A stretch of DNA of 40,067 bases from Octopus bimaculoides (taxonomy: Eukaryota). Where the stretch lies: the NCBI RefSeq assembly GCF_001194135.2, contig NC_068983.1, forward strand, positions 149,128,229 through 149,168,295, written 5' to 3'. Numbering within the stretch: position 1 is the first letter of the stretch; the number at the start of each line of letters is the position of its first letter. The translations under genes and the position numbers were made by a program. The notes under the pieces are model-generated. The model saw only the letters and a program-made list of their open reading frames with translations, ran no database searches and had not been told where the DNA came from. Positions 1 to 11,660 of the stretch are shown piece after piece.

Positions 1-130
<130 letters not shown>

Positions 131-179
131 AAATAACGGTGGTGGTGATGGTGTTGGCGGTATCAGTGAGTGTTAGTGT

Positions 180-372
180 TGGTTCTTATTTAGCCCAAGG
201 TCAGTTCAGATTGAGTAGCATGATCTTTAAAGGTTTTCAAGTCGTAAGACAAGGCGGTTGTAGAAAATGTATCTAGAACTGTGTTATCTGAAATAATCCT
301 TACATTTTTTAAAGACAGTAGATGATGGTTTTAAGGGAGATTTGGGTGCTACTTCTTGCAGATCGAGGCTCA
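180..372 (-). mobile_element. Old interspersed repeat (family E, probable LINE 3' UTR); second copy at 24104-24299
   Basis: Aligns loosely by eye with the reverse complement of 24104-24299 (shared TTTAGCCC, ATGATC..AAAG, TTTGG.TGC blocks). A simple-repeat tail lies at the left end. Confidence 0.45.
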
Positions 373-880
373 CTCATTTGTTCCATGTAATGGTAACCCC
401 TGTCAGCCGAAACTCGTGATTGTGTGATACAAATACATATGAACAGTTCATGTTTCAAGAAGAAGCGGGAGCACAAAGAGAATCAGTGGAATTCTATCGT
501 GGTCTGATTTAATTAGGAGTTTATGGATTAATTCTGACAAAGCAGCTGACACCTGATGGTATCTGATGACTTATTTAAATCAGAAATCGTATGTGAGGAG
601 TTCAGATATTAAGATTACAGCAGACTGTAGATAATTTAGCTGCTGCGTAAGGAGCACATGTTAATATAAATGGTGATCTAGAAGGGGTGCTGATATCTGT
701 GTTACACCAAGACATAAACAGTGACCAGATTACCCCTCGAAGTAATTAATGACTTGACAGTAGAGAAATGAATGTAGGCACCGTAAAACTGTAGCTGATC
801 ACTAGATTAGTATCATGTTCGTCCTACGGAGCGACGATGACCATCAAATCAGCTTCAAGGATAACTGATGATTTGTGCAG
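373..880 (-). mobile_element. Possible heavily decayed LINE ORF2 C-terminal relic continuing family E
   Basis: Minus-strand fragments (GVIWSLFMSW, TQQL.IYSLL, NSSH, FSLC) loosely follow the order of CR1/L2 ORF2 C-terminal motifs. Many stops and frameshifts make this weak. Confidence 0.25.
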
Positions 881-892
881 TGACTTTGTTTA

Positions 893-1108
893 AAGAGAAG
901 TTGCGCACCCTTAACCTCACTCTCTCGTCCGCGACCATCTTCAATTCAGTAGCAAAATTTTAAAGTGAAGAGTTGCGCACCCTTAACTTTACTCCCTCTC
1001 GTCTGTGACCATCTTCAATTCAGTAGCAAGACTTTAAAGTGAAGAAGAGTTGCGCACCCTTAACTTTACTCTTTCGTCCGTGACCATCTTCAATTTAGTG
1101 GCAAGACC
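893..1108. repeat. Tandem repeat, 3 units of 72-77 bp
   Basis: TTGCGCACCCTTAAC...GACCATCTTCAATT.AGT.GCAA starts at 901, 973 and 1050. Confidence 0.95.
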
Positions 1109-1972
1109 TAGTCAAGACAACCAGAGATGGAAGTAGATGCATTGGATGACTATGATCCCTTACTTGTCTCATCCTGCTCTCTACTCTCCACAATGTGTTG
1201 CTGCTGTTGCCTCTTTCTCCGCTAAACCATGAAGGTTTCTTCTGCAGAATCCGTTGGATCCACTATTCCCATGCATATATATAGGCAAGCTGTAACTCAT
1301 CAAGAATTACATACCCAGTTGCTACCTCTCACCTGGTTTAACCCACCATTCAAAGTGGTTTACTAGGTTGTGGCGAACAGCTATTAGGAGCCACAGGTGA
1401 GAGTTACGTACCAAGTGGAGACCAAAGCGCGAACTACCCTTACGAGTGCGACGTGTTTCCTCTTACACCTCATACACCCTATGCACCCTACTAAATTAGA
1501 ATAGACTATAAAGGATGACTAAAATTTTGACGCTGTAGTGAGTACACACATGTCTAGATTAAGATAGATTGCAGATGACTAGGTCAGCACAAACTGTAAC
1601 TGATGACTAAATTAATTCATATAACTGATAACCAGTTTATCATAGAGTATAGATTGTTAATGGTAAAACTATAGTTACATCTTGATACAACCTCGAAATG
1701 ATTGCTGAATTTGGACCGACTGTTTGATCAGTGGTATCCAAAGTATGGCATCGATTCCACAGTGAGTTTTAATTGGTTCAGATCGGTAAGCTATAAGGAG
1801 TTGGAATACATTCTTTTTTTTTCTTTTTATCTAACAAGAACTAATTTTATACGCTAACCAGTCTACAGTATTTACTCAATATTCTTTTTTTTTCTTTTTG
1901 TCATTGATTTTGGAACAGCGAAAATCTATATCAGGAGTTGCCTCCCGTACTTGCTGAAATAATTAAAATAAT

Positions 1973-2172
1973 ATTGATTTCTTACACAGGCACACAGTAT
2001 CTCCAAGTTTTGAGGAAGGAAACAATCGATTTTATCGTCCCCAGTACTTGACTGTAATTTATTTTATCGATTCAGGGATGATGAAAGACTTAGTTGACTT
2101 CAGTGAGATTCGACCTCACAACATAAAGAGCCAGGCATACCAAATAATTCTATTCTACCAATCCACCGCCCT
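1973..2172 (-). mobile_element. SINE family A (~200 bp), diverged copy
   Basis: Reverse complement matches the copies at 34285 and 35336 (CCCCAGTACTTGACTG, TTATTTTATCGA, GATGAAAGAC). Confidence 0.8.
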
Positions 2173-2189
2173 CAAAATATATTAATCGC

Positions 2190-2520
2190 AGACCGCAGAG
2201 AGGACTGGGTTTTTGCAAGTCAAGCCGCTACTCTTTGCATTGAGAGATCAAAGATTCGGTGCTATGGACAATAATATTAGATTGTCGCAGGAAACAGTTG
2301 CAAGACGGATTCTTCGAGCCGAGCCAACCGAAAGGAAACTTAAAGGTAGAGCAACAATGAGAGGGTTGGACAATAACCAGAGTCTCAGTTGGTCACGCTT
2401 GAGAATCCAGCCGGAGAGTTTAATGACGGTTGCTTCTGTTACTACCGCATGGAAGCGGTATCTGATAATTATATCCCCACGACCAAGAATAGTGGGTGGA
2501 GATGACGGATAGATGAATGG
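2190..2520 (+). mobile_element. 5'-truncated RTE-type LINE, 3' end of ORF
   Basis: ORF 2213-2512 reads VARRILRAEPTERKLKGRATMRGLDNNQSLSWSRLRIQPESLMTVASVTTAWKRYL. This resembles the RTE C-terminal pattern (RRIL..P.G.R..GRP..RW.D.....W.....VA.DR..W) and is followed by a GATG-like tail. Confidence 0.75.
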
Positions 2521-2906
2521 TTACTGCATTAAATATAACATTAATTCGTCTATTATCATCTATGTTGATGTTGTTTCCCAGTCTTCCAATAATGCCACAT
2601 AATAAACGACTACGTCTGGAAAGTGAAACCCGAACAGTTTTGTTATCGCAGCTATAAATTACGAACAGAGTTGTTTATATCAATATATAGAGAAAGTGAG
2701 AGCAAGGAGGGAGAAAGAGAGGAAAATAGAGAAGTAACTGATGTATAAACATCGAAAAATAAATATATCCACGGTATCTTAATTACGTAATTATGAAATT
2801 AATGATGTTTATTCTAATGAAACAGCTTCTGAGCGTAATTGAATTATGAGCTACTTTATATGTGTATGTGAAACTTATGCGTTTAAGCTTTTTAATTTAG
2901 ATATAT

Positions 2907-3006
2907 CTTTTATCTTTTATCTTCTATTTGTTTCACTCATTTGACTGTAGCCATGCTGGAGCACCGTTTTGAAGGGTTTTAGTCGAACAAATCGACCCCA
3001 GGGCTT
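2907..3006 (-). mobile_element. SINE family C, 3' tail fragment
   Basis: CATTTGACTGTAGCCATGCTGGAGCACCG...TAGTCGAACAAATCGACCCCAGG is the reverse complement of 21190-21272. Confidence 0.85.
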
Positions 3007-3271
3007 AATTTTTTCAGCCTAATAAAATTCATAGGCTGAAAAATTCATAACCTAGAAAAATTCAGAAGCTGAAACATTCATAGGCTGACTATAAAGGAGT
3101 GACGCTAGGGCTGTGAAATCTTGCGTGTATTAATTTCAAATGTTCTTATTAATAACTTCATTGTTTTTTGTTTTTGTTTTTGTTCGTTTTTGTTTGTTTT
3201 GTTTGTTTTTTTTCAGATAAACTGACATCTGACTGTTCCAAGAAGACCACTAGTAGCGACTTCTCTTGAAA

Positions 3272-3801
3272 ATGACAAATTTTGGCATCGTGGTGTGATC
3301 AAATACCTGCACAAAAAATGGTTTAGCGCCCAAAGGCATTCATACTGACATGGTTGCTACATTAGGGGATGACATTCCAGCTTTATCAATAGTGCAAAAG
3401 TGGATAACTGAATTTAGGAGGGGAAGAGAGAGCCTTGAAGATCTGAATATCCTGCAACTGCCACCACTGAGGAAAATATTGATTGTAATCACCACGTGCT
3501 GTTGGATGACAGATGATTGACTATAGATCAAATATGCTATTAGCATATTCCGTAAGAGAGTTGAGAATATTCCGCTCAATGAACGTAGCATGAAGGTTTC
3601 TGCTCTGTGAGTACCAAGTCTTCATTCAGACACCTGATCAATAGCGAACCAGGCTGATCACATCACGGGGAAATCTGACATCGCTTGAAGTAAATCCAGC
3701 TGGTTTCCTTGAACGTTTCCTAAACCAGGATAAGCGTTGGGTTCATCACTGTGATACAAAGACAATAGATGCCGGGAAAACACTCCTCCTCATCTGCTCC
3801 A
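3272..3801 (+). pseudogene. Mariner transposase relic (N-terminal HTH to first catalytic Asp region)
   Basis: Frameshifted translation: WHRGVIKYLHKK, IHTDMVATLGDDIPALSIVQKWITEFRRGRESLED, PATATTEENID, VSAL*VP (WVP motif), NPAGFLERFLNQDKRWVHH. These are standard mariner motifs, and the relic is 3'-truncated. Confidence 0.9.
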
Positions 3802-4100
3802 ATCGATCGTTTGTTTAATGTTTTGGTGAAACAATCAATCGGTTGTTTCTCTAAGTTCTCTCGTCGTTATTCGCAATTGACTAACAATCGAAGAATGATA
3901 CTGAACCAGTATGTATGTTTATTATTATTGGCATGATGACCTTTCCAAGATTTGTTTCAACACACGAATTCACATCAAGAAGCTTGCAAACCAAATACAA
4001 AAACGAAGTATATATATATATATTTTCACCATTATTTATAACGTCGCCTAAACATGAAGAGTATAACACTATATATATATATATATATATNNNNNNNNNN

Positions 4101-4290
4101 AGCGTATCAGGCGCACATAAGTGTACGAGTGGTTCAGACGTTTCCAATATGGCCGAAAAAAGGTAAATATTGACGAACGTTGTGGGAGACCCGCAACCCG
4201 CAGAACTGAGAAAAACATCGCAGATATCCGTGCAGCTATGAGAGGAAATCGTCGAAACACCATCCATAAGTTATCAGAGGAGGTGCACTG
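4101..4290 (+). pseudogene. Second, distinct mariner transposase HTH fragment
   Basis: VYEWFRRFQYGRKKVNIDERCGRPATRRTEKNIADIRAAMRGNRRNTIHKLSEEV follows the mariner/SETMAR-like W..RF..G....D..RSGRP motif. Confidence 0.85.
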
Positions 4291-4499
4291 TGAATTTGCA
4301 CTCCATTAGCAAATTATGTTGAATACGAGGAAAATGGATAAAAAAGATTTTGTAAAATTATTGTGGTTAACTCTAGTGACCTTAACTATAATTATATCTA
4401 TATAATTATATACTTAAATATTTATTTTACCGACATGATTTTTGTTATATTATTGCCACTGATTAATTATTAATGATTTTATCTTTAATTACGTATATA

Positions 4500-4560
4500 T
4501 AGCGGTGCTCCAGCATAGCCGCAGCCTCAAGGCTGAAACATATAAAAGAATAAAAGAATA
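4500..4560 (+). mobile_element. SINE family C, 3' tail fragment
   Basis: GCGGTGCTCCAGCATAGCCGCAG...CTGAAACA...AAAAGAATAAAAGAAT matches 21218-21272. Confidence 0.8.
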
Positions 4561-4571
4561 TATATATATAT

Positions 4572-4896
4572 CAAATCGTCTTCAGCCGCCTAGATTACTG
4601 CTCACAGCTGTGGTCACCCAGCAGTGTGAAATTAACAGCAGACCTTGACGCAATCCAGAGAAGATTCACAAAGAAGATTGTCTCTTTGCAACTGCTCAGC
4701 TACTGGGAAAGGCTGAAACAGCTAAGACTCTACTCCCTGGAGAGAAGGCGGGAGAGGTATGCAGTAATATACATCTGGAAGATCCTGGAAGGAATTGTGC
4801 AAAAGTTTGGCATTGAAAGTTACACCAATGCTAGAACGGGACGACACTGCATAGTGCCAAAGATCCCAGCAATGCCATCGCGCTTCAGGACCAGTT
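4572..4896 (+). mobile_element. CR1-type LINE ORF2 C-terminal fragment (open to the gap)
   Basis: Uninterrupted frame IVFSRLDYCSQLWSP...AIQRRFTKKI...SYWERLKQLRLYSLERRRERYAVIYIWKILEG, a classic CR1-clade post-RT region. Confidence 0.9.
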
Positions 4897-5375
4897 NNNN
4901 NNNNNNNNNNNNNNNNNNNNNNNNNNNNNNNNNNNNNNNNNNNNNNNNNNNNNNNNNNNNNNNNNNNNNNNNNNNNNNNNNNNNNNNNNNNNNNNNNNNN
5001 NNNNNNNNNNNNNNNNNNNNNNNNNNNNNNNNNNNNNNNNNNNNNNNNNNNNNNNNNNNNNNNNNNNNNNNNNNNNNNNNNNNNNNNNNNNNNNNNNNNN
5101 NNNNNNNNNNNNNNNNNNNNNNNNNNNNNNNNNNNNNNNNNNNNNNNNNNNNNNNNNNNNNNNNNNNNNNNNNNNNNNNNNNNNNNNNNNNNNNNNNNNN
5201 NNNNNNNNNNNNNNNNNNNNNNNNNNNNNNNNNNNNNNNNNNNNNNNNNNNNNNNNNNNNNNNNNNNNNNNNNNNNNNNNNNNNNNNNNNNNNNNNNNNN
5301 NTATACACACACAAACAAAAAAAATGGAATATTCGGTAATACTTTAATTCTGTGGGGTTTGTTTTACATATTTAT

Positions 5376-5384
5376 ATGTGTGTG

Positions 5385-5446
<62 letters not shown>
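5376..5446. repeat. (TG)n microsatellite
   Basis: Directly visible. Confidence 0.97.
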
Positions 5447-5448
<2 letters not shown>

Positions 5449-5949
5449 GAATTAGTAATATTTATATTATTATTTTATTCATATAATATATTTCTCATAT
5501 TGTAATGAAACGCGTGTAACACAAAATTGAAATAGTAGTAAATATCCCAGTCTTTCTTTTAATACATACTTTCTCTGCAAATGTTATAATTTACATGGAA
5601 TCTCAATATTTATGAATGTTTTTCTCATTTAAAATAGATATCTACATACATAGATTTGATAACTGGAATGCGTAGATGAAATCACAACTTAGATTATAAT
5701 CTCTTCGATACACTATATTCTGTATATATCTATCACCATCTATCCACATGTGTGTGTGTATGTATATATGTAACCACGTGTGTATCGTTGGCGATTTTCT
5801 TTCTCTGTCTTCCCTTCTTTTGGACTTTCCTCTTTTTCTGAAGAAACATAAAATCTTCTTTCATTCCTTTGCTGAGCGTCTGATAATACAGTACTTGTAC
5901 CACGTCCTCGTGTTGTTATTTTTTCTTGTTTGTTCTTTGTTTGGATTCA

Positions 5950-6043
5950 CTATATATATGTATATATATACATATATATATATATATGGATACATATACA
6001 TATATATATATACATACACACACACACACACACACATACACAC

Positions 6044-6081
<38 letters not shown>
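5950..6081. repeat. (TA)n/(CA)n compound microsatellite running into the gap
   Basis: Directly visible. Confidence 0.97.
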
Positions 6082-7375
6082 NNNNNNNNNNNNNNNNNNN
6101 NNNNNNNNNNNNNNNNNNNNNNNNNNNNNNNNNNNNNNNNNNNNNNNNNNNNNNNNNNNNNNNNNNNNNNNNNNNNNNNNNNNNNNNNNNNNNNNNNNNN
6201 NNNNNNNNNNNNNNNNNNNNNNNNNNNNNNNNNNNNNNNNNNNNNNNNNNNNNNNNNNNNNNNNNNNNNNNNNNNNNNNNNNNNNNNNNNNNNNNNNNNN
6301 NNNNNNNNNNNNNNNNNNNNNNNNNNNNNNNNNNNNNNNNNNNNNNNNNNNNNNNNNNNNNNNNNNNNNNNNNNNNNNNNNNNNNNNNNNNNNNNNNNNN
6401 NNNNNNNNNNNNNNNNNNNNNNNNNNNNNNNNNNNNNNNNNNNNNNNNNNNNNNNNNNNNNNNNNNNNNNNNNNNNNNNNNNNNNNNNNNNNNNNNNNNN
6501 NNNNNNNNNNNNNNNNNNNNNNNNNNNNNNNNNNNNNNNNNNNNNNNNNNNNNNNNNNNNNNNNNNNNNNNNNNNNNNNNNNNNNNNNNNNNNNNNNNNN
6601 NNNNNNNNNNNNNNNNNNNNNNNNNNNNNNNNNNNNNNNNNNNNNNNNNNNNNNNNNNNNNNNNNNNNNNNNNNNNNNNNNNNNNNNNNNNNNNNNNNNN
6701 NNNNNNNNNNNATATATATATATATATATAATAAGTGAAGAATGGATTTGGTATTACATTTATTCCGCGGTTTACAATTGTTTCAATAACGTATGAACGA
6801 CAAATCATATGATATGCTTGAAGATATGGAAGTGATCAATGATACTGTCATGTCGATTATATAATAATGATTATATAACGAGAGGCTCGTATTCATCTAC
6901 TCGTAACCCTTGTGAACAAATGAATATTTATTTGTTCACAAGTTATGGCAGCAACATTGCTCTCTTCCTTGTCTTCAAGTATATCATGTGATCTGTCACT
7001 CATACGTTATTGAAACAATTGTAAACTTGTAGCTATAATAGATTGAGAGAGGGGAGAAAGAGAGGAGGAGGGAGAGGGAGATGCATTCATACACACTTAT
7101 ATATATTCATATATCTACATATTCATACATACATACACATGCATATACACAAACACGCACACACGCACACACATTCACATGTATATATCTATATTTAACT
7201 TGAAGCTATGACAGATGGAACCAAGACAACAGAGAAATCATTGCTTACCACTTGCATATCATAATCATGGCTTCAATCTTCTTTTGGAGCATAATCTACA
7301 TTTTAACTCCGTATATTACCAATTGCAATGTGTGTGTATGTGTTGCGGAGAGGAAGGTCAGTTGATTAGTTGAAA

Positions 7376-7467
7376 GGTATGTATGTATGTATGTATGTAT
7401 GTATGCATGCATGCAAGTAGGTAGGTAGGTAGGTAGGTAGGTAGGTAGGTAGGTAGGTAGGTAGGTA
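7376..7467. repeat. (TATG)n-(TAGG)n tetranucleotide microsatellite
   Basis: Directly visible. Confidence 0.97.
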
Positions 7468-8017
7468 GAGGAAGAGCCACTAAACCCTGTAGTTGTATAG
7501 AGTAACCATGAGTTATTGTTGATTTGGTATATCATGATAAATGCAGTCAAAATCTGCCCATATAGATTCAAATCAACACGGTATGATAACACGTCAGCCT
7601 ATACTGTGCTTACACAGGTCACAAGAGTTTGACACATGTATTCCACGGTGTCTATTTACAGTTTGTGCGTAGTGATCTATTTGGGCGTAAAATATGACAA
7701 TGCAAACAGTGCATTATTTTAGATGAAATACAATCCCTCTGCCCTTTGGGCGATTGTTTGAGATATTTTCAACTTGGTCACTTGCAACACTCTGTTACAG
7801 CCAGCACCAGTAAAATAAATTGTCAAATTATTGACCTTCCGTGAATATAAGAATACATCTGTGAGCTATCAGATTCTATAGACTTCGTATAGAGGTAGAA
7901 ATGCTATTTGTAATTAAATATATATTGCAATGGCGATAATAATGCAGTCAACACAAGTCTGCTGTGAGCTTTCAGTCTATGCAAACCCCACACTGCATAG
8001 CATTATGTTACAGATAT

Positions 8018-8105
8018 GGTACAAGGGCGTAGTTTTTAGGGAGGGAAGGAACAATTGAATAAATCGCTCCTATAGCGTGACTGGTACTTATTTTATCAAA
8101 TCCGG
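8018..8105 (-). mobile_element. SINE family A fragment
   Basis: GGTACAAGG...GTGACTGGTACTTATTTTATC matches the 3' half of family A. Confidence 0.65.
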
Positions 8106-8340
8106 AAAATCATAGTTATACTACCGGCAAGCAATTCTTGGAATCTCTAGATGGAAACTAGCGTCATTTTCAACAGTGCTTACAACTATGATTACAACAA
8201 TGGCCTGTCTACTACCTTGAGGTATCCACTCACATAGAGCACGATGAACTAAATCATCGAGAGCTGAGCGTTGGATCTCCGATTTCTTATTATGGCGGTG
8301 GATAGGCAGATTTAGTTGCAGACGTTTTATCACCTGATTT

Positions 8341-8402
8341 CGAATTTCAGAGGTTGACTTTGTCTTTTATCCGTCCGACTTCGATAAAATAAAGAACCAG
8401 TC
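8341..8402 (+). mobile_element. SINE family A central fragment
   Basis: GAGGTTGACTTTGTCTTTTATCC...CGATAAAATAAAG.ACCAGTC. Confidence 0.7.
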
Positions 8403-8460
8403 TAGCACTGGGAACGATTCATATCTCTGTGAAGTATTGTAGATAGGAATAGAATTATAA

Positions 8461-8668
8461 TGGTTTCAAATTTTGGCACAAAGTCAGCAAAAGTGAAGGA
8501 GGGGTAAGTTGATTACGTCAACACCAGTGTTCAACTAGTACTTATTTTATCGACCCCAAAAGGATGAAAGACAAAGTTGACCTTCGTAGAATCTGAATCT
8601 AGATAAAGAGCCAGAAGAAATTCTGTTAAGTATTTTGTCCGACTTGCTCACTATTCTACCAACTCGCT
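8461..8668 (-). mobile_element. SINE family A, near full length
   Basis: TTTCAAATTTTGGCACAA...TACTTATTTTATCGACCCCAAAAGGATGAAAGACAAAGTTGACC...CTACCAACTCGC. Confidence 0.85.
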
Positions 8669-9407
8669 AAAGTTATTGTGAAGAGAAGAAAAGAATTGTG
8701 AATAGAATAGAAGAACGCTGACGCCTTAGCCATCTGTAGCTCAACATAATATTCCGTTTATGATATCACAAAAATGAGTGAAGGATGGTGTAGCCAGGTG
8801 AAGTCTGGAAGAAGGTGCAGAGTCCATGATCCATGGAGACCCTCTATGACTAGAGTGGTGAGATTGATGGTGTTGATGTTCTGTTTAAACTATTACAGGT
8901 TAACACCAGCAAAAGAGACATGATTAGTGAGGAGATATGGAGGAAGAAGGAATGGGGATAGTTGTTAGTGCGGGAAGAATAACAGAAAGAGAGATAAGTG
9001 GCTCGGTGATGCCTTGTGATGGTAACACGAAACCAGCCAGCTCCGATGAGCAGAGGACATCATAAAGTATGGTATAACAAGTGAAATGATAAAGCGATAT
9101 TTGGTCGTGACCTTCTATGTTCGGAGTTCAAATCACACTAAAGTCGAATTTTTTTCTTTGCATTTTTCCATGGTCAATAAACTAAAATCCATTAATCGAC
9201 CACCCTCCTTCCATAAAATTACTGCCATTGTGCCTATGCTTGAATCATTTTATCAGAAATACGGAAAAACATCTTCAGCGTATATTACAGACTGTATTAC
9301 ACCATAATCTATGTTAATTATCGAAATATACAAAGTTATACTAGAGTCAAAGCACATTTACAATATTGAACAAGTTTTGGTTTTATTTTTACTTGTCTTC
9401 TTTTTGT

Positions 9408-9521
<114 letters not shown>

Positions 9522-9881
9522 TTCATTTGTTCGTTTCGATTATATTACGATGCTGAAATCATGTACAAACAGAAGAACATTTGCTTTTGGTATCATTAAA
9601 AATATTCGTTTGATGCTGATGTTGATGTTAACCAAAACGAAAGCAAAAGTTCAAATCTTTTTCTTTGTGATGATGTTGGTTTACATTCGAAGCTTTAACT
9701 TTATAGCAATATATGCGTCGCATTCATAAGTCAGTTCCATAAATAAAGTGTCAACATCGCCTTGAAGATTTCTTTGATGTCTCATTCGACAGCGTCTATA
9801 ATATTTCAGACAAGCTACAAAGGATTAACAGATCTATATTTATTCACCTTTCTTTTGAGATCGATCGTTCAGACAGATGTG

Positions 9882-9888
9882 CTCACAC

Positions 9889-9927
<39 letters not shown>

Positions 9928-10010
9928 CACACACATGCACGCACGCACACACATACACATACACGCACTTAATCACGCACACACACACACACACACATTC
10001 ACACACATAT
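9882..10010. repeat. Imperfect (CA)n microsatellite
   Basis: Directly visible. Confidence 0.95.
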
Positions 10011-10519
10011 ATGGATAGATCTACATGCACATATGCTTACATACACGTTCATGCGTAGACACATACAAGATATATGTATGTATGCCTGTGAGCATGTACA
10101 CATACATGTAACATCTGTATACACATCTAGACACAAGTAGCATACATAGAAAGGAAATGAATAATTAATGGTAACAACAGAAATATATATTTATAAATAC
10201 ATTAAATCATATATATATGTGTGTGTGCACAGATACACACACACACACACACACATACATGCTTATACAAAATACATAAATAAACACATGAAAGTATATA
10301 GATAACAGGTAGGTATATAATATTTGCATGTGTGTATGTGTGCATGCATAAATTAGTTTATACACAATCGAACAAAAACTGTCTGTTAAAGTGTAAACTA
10401 GTAAAAACAACCTGTCATTTGTCAACGATTAATAAATTAGAAAACCAAAATATATATTATTGTGGCAAAAAAAAAAGTAGGTGTGGGGGTACCCGTTATC
10501 AATTATGTTTTCCTACAGC

Positions 10520-11660
10520 TCATCTGTTTCATGGAGCTGCAACTCTGGATCAAATAAAAACTGAAACTAAGAACCTGGCATTTGGAATGCTATCGGACAC
10601 TCATAGCCCTCTACCAGCCAGACAATGAAGCTTGTTGTTGTTGGCACTCCGTCGCTTACGACGTCGAGGGTTCCAGTTGATCCGATCAACGGAACAGCCT
10701 GCTCGTGAAATTAACGTGCAAGTGGCTGAGCACTCCAAAGACACGTGTACCCTTAACGTAGTTCTCGGGGATATTCAGCGTGACACAGTGTGACAAGGCT
10801 GACCCTTTGAATTACAGGCACAACAGAAACAGGAAGATAGAGTGAGAGAAAGTTGTGGTGGAAGAGTACAGCAGGGTTCGCTACCATCCCCTGCATGAGC
10901 CTCGTGGAGCTTTAGGTGTTTTCGCTGAATAAACACTCACAACGCTCGGTCTGGGAATCGAAACCGCGATCCTATGACCGCGAGTCCGCTGCCCTAACCA
11001 CTGGGCCATTGCGCCTCCACAGACAATGAAGCTATAGGTACTTAAACGTAGCTTCTTTATAAGAGTCAAGAGACGAAGAAGAGGGACAGAAGGTGATCTG
11101 CTCTGAAGGACTTTAAAACTGGAAATTCTAGGCACAGCGGGGTTACCGGTGATTTCATGGCTGGTTCGAAATGAATTCTATAGGCATGGAAGAACGGTCA
11201 GCTGAGAAGCAAGTCTAAGCGACGAAACTATTCTCTACGCACTCATTTAGTGTCCGGGCATCGAATCTAAAGACATTTACCAAAAAGTTATTGCTTCGTG
11301 TAGGGTAGATCCGACTGTTGCGTGAGTACATCGTGAAGATTACCATTTGGCTTTTCTTTCATCAGGAAAGGCAGGCAGTTTTCTTTTCTTTTTTCAACTA
11401 TGACGAAAACGTATGTATGGCGCCTAAACGAACTTGGGACATTATTTTCCCTTCAGCCAAGCCTTCTAGTGTTTTCAAGGTCCATATAGAGGTGGGTTGA
11501 AGTGAAAGGTGCTACTCTCCAATAAATTTATTCAAAGATGGGAGAATAATATCAGACATAGCCCGAGTGAATGGACCTACTTTGAGTACGTTTCTACGGC
11601 CCAGAAGATACAACCGAAAGGGCACATACTCTTAGGAGCCAAGAGAATCCTGGATAATTG
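10520..11660 (+). mobile_element. Possible decayed pogo/Tigger-type transposase relic, split by the SINE B insertion
   Basis: Motif-like fragments appear in the expected order: MELQLWIK (10531), GWFE (11159), FNYDE (11393) followed by MAPKRT, and ILDN (11647). Multiple stops and frameshifts make this motif-level evidence only. Confidence 0.35.
10633..11019 (-). mobile_element. tRNA-derived SINE family B, full length (~387 bp) with 14-bp TSD
   Basis: Minus-strand head TGGAGGCGCAATGGCCCAGTGGTTAGGGCAGCGG...GGTTTCGATTCCC has A/B-box-like sequence, and the tail is (AAC)n. TSD CAGACAATGAAGCT is at 10619-10632 and 11020-11033. Other copies are at 31285 and 38800. Confidence 0.95.

Noticed and set aside
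563-600. CTGATGA-N13-GAAA hammerhead-like match
   Set aside because: No helix II, no palindromic loop III with a UH site, and no in-register helix I.
893-1108. Repeat array as a possible CRISPR
   Set aside because: The units are contiguous with no unique spacers, the context is eukaryotic, and there are no cas genes.
1125-1165. EMEVDALDDYDP resembling the gag MEVD motif of LTR retrotransposons
   Set aside because: Short match only, with no zinc knuckle, protease, LTR or PBS nearby.
8121-8333. 70-aa minus-strand ORF (similarly 12739-12957, 33683-33928, 39273-39530)
   Set aside because: The length is within chance expectation, with no motif or splice support.
8720-9070. Purine-rich segment suggestive of an RTE-like relic
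   Set aside because: No translatable motif could be recovered in any frame.
10940-11019. tRNA-like sequences at SINE heads (also 23250-23323, 23502-23570, 29437-29505, 31285-31345)
   Set aside because: A/B boxes are present but there is no complete cloverleaf, and each continues into a SINE body, so they are not tRNA genes.
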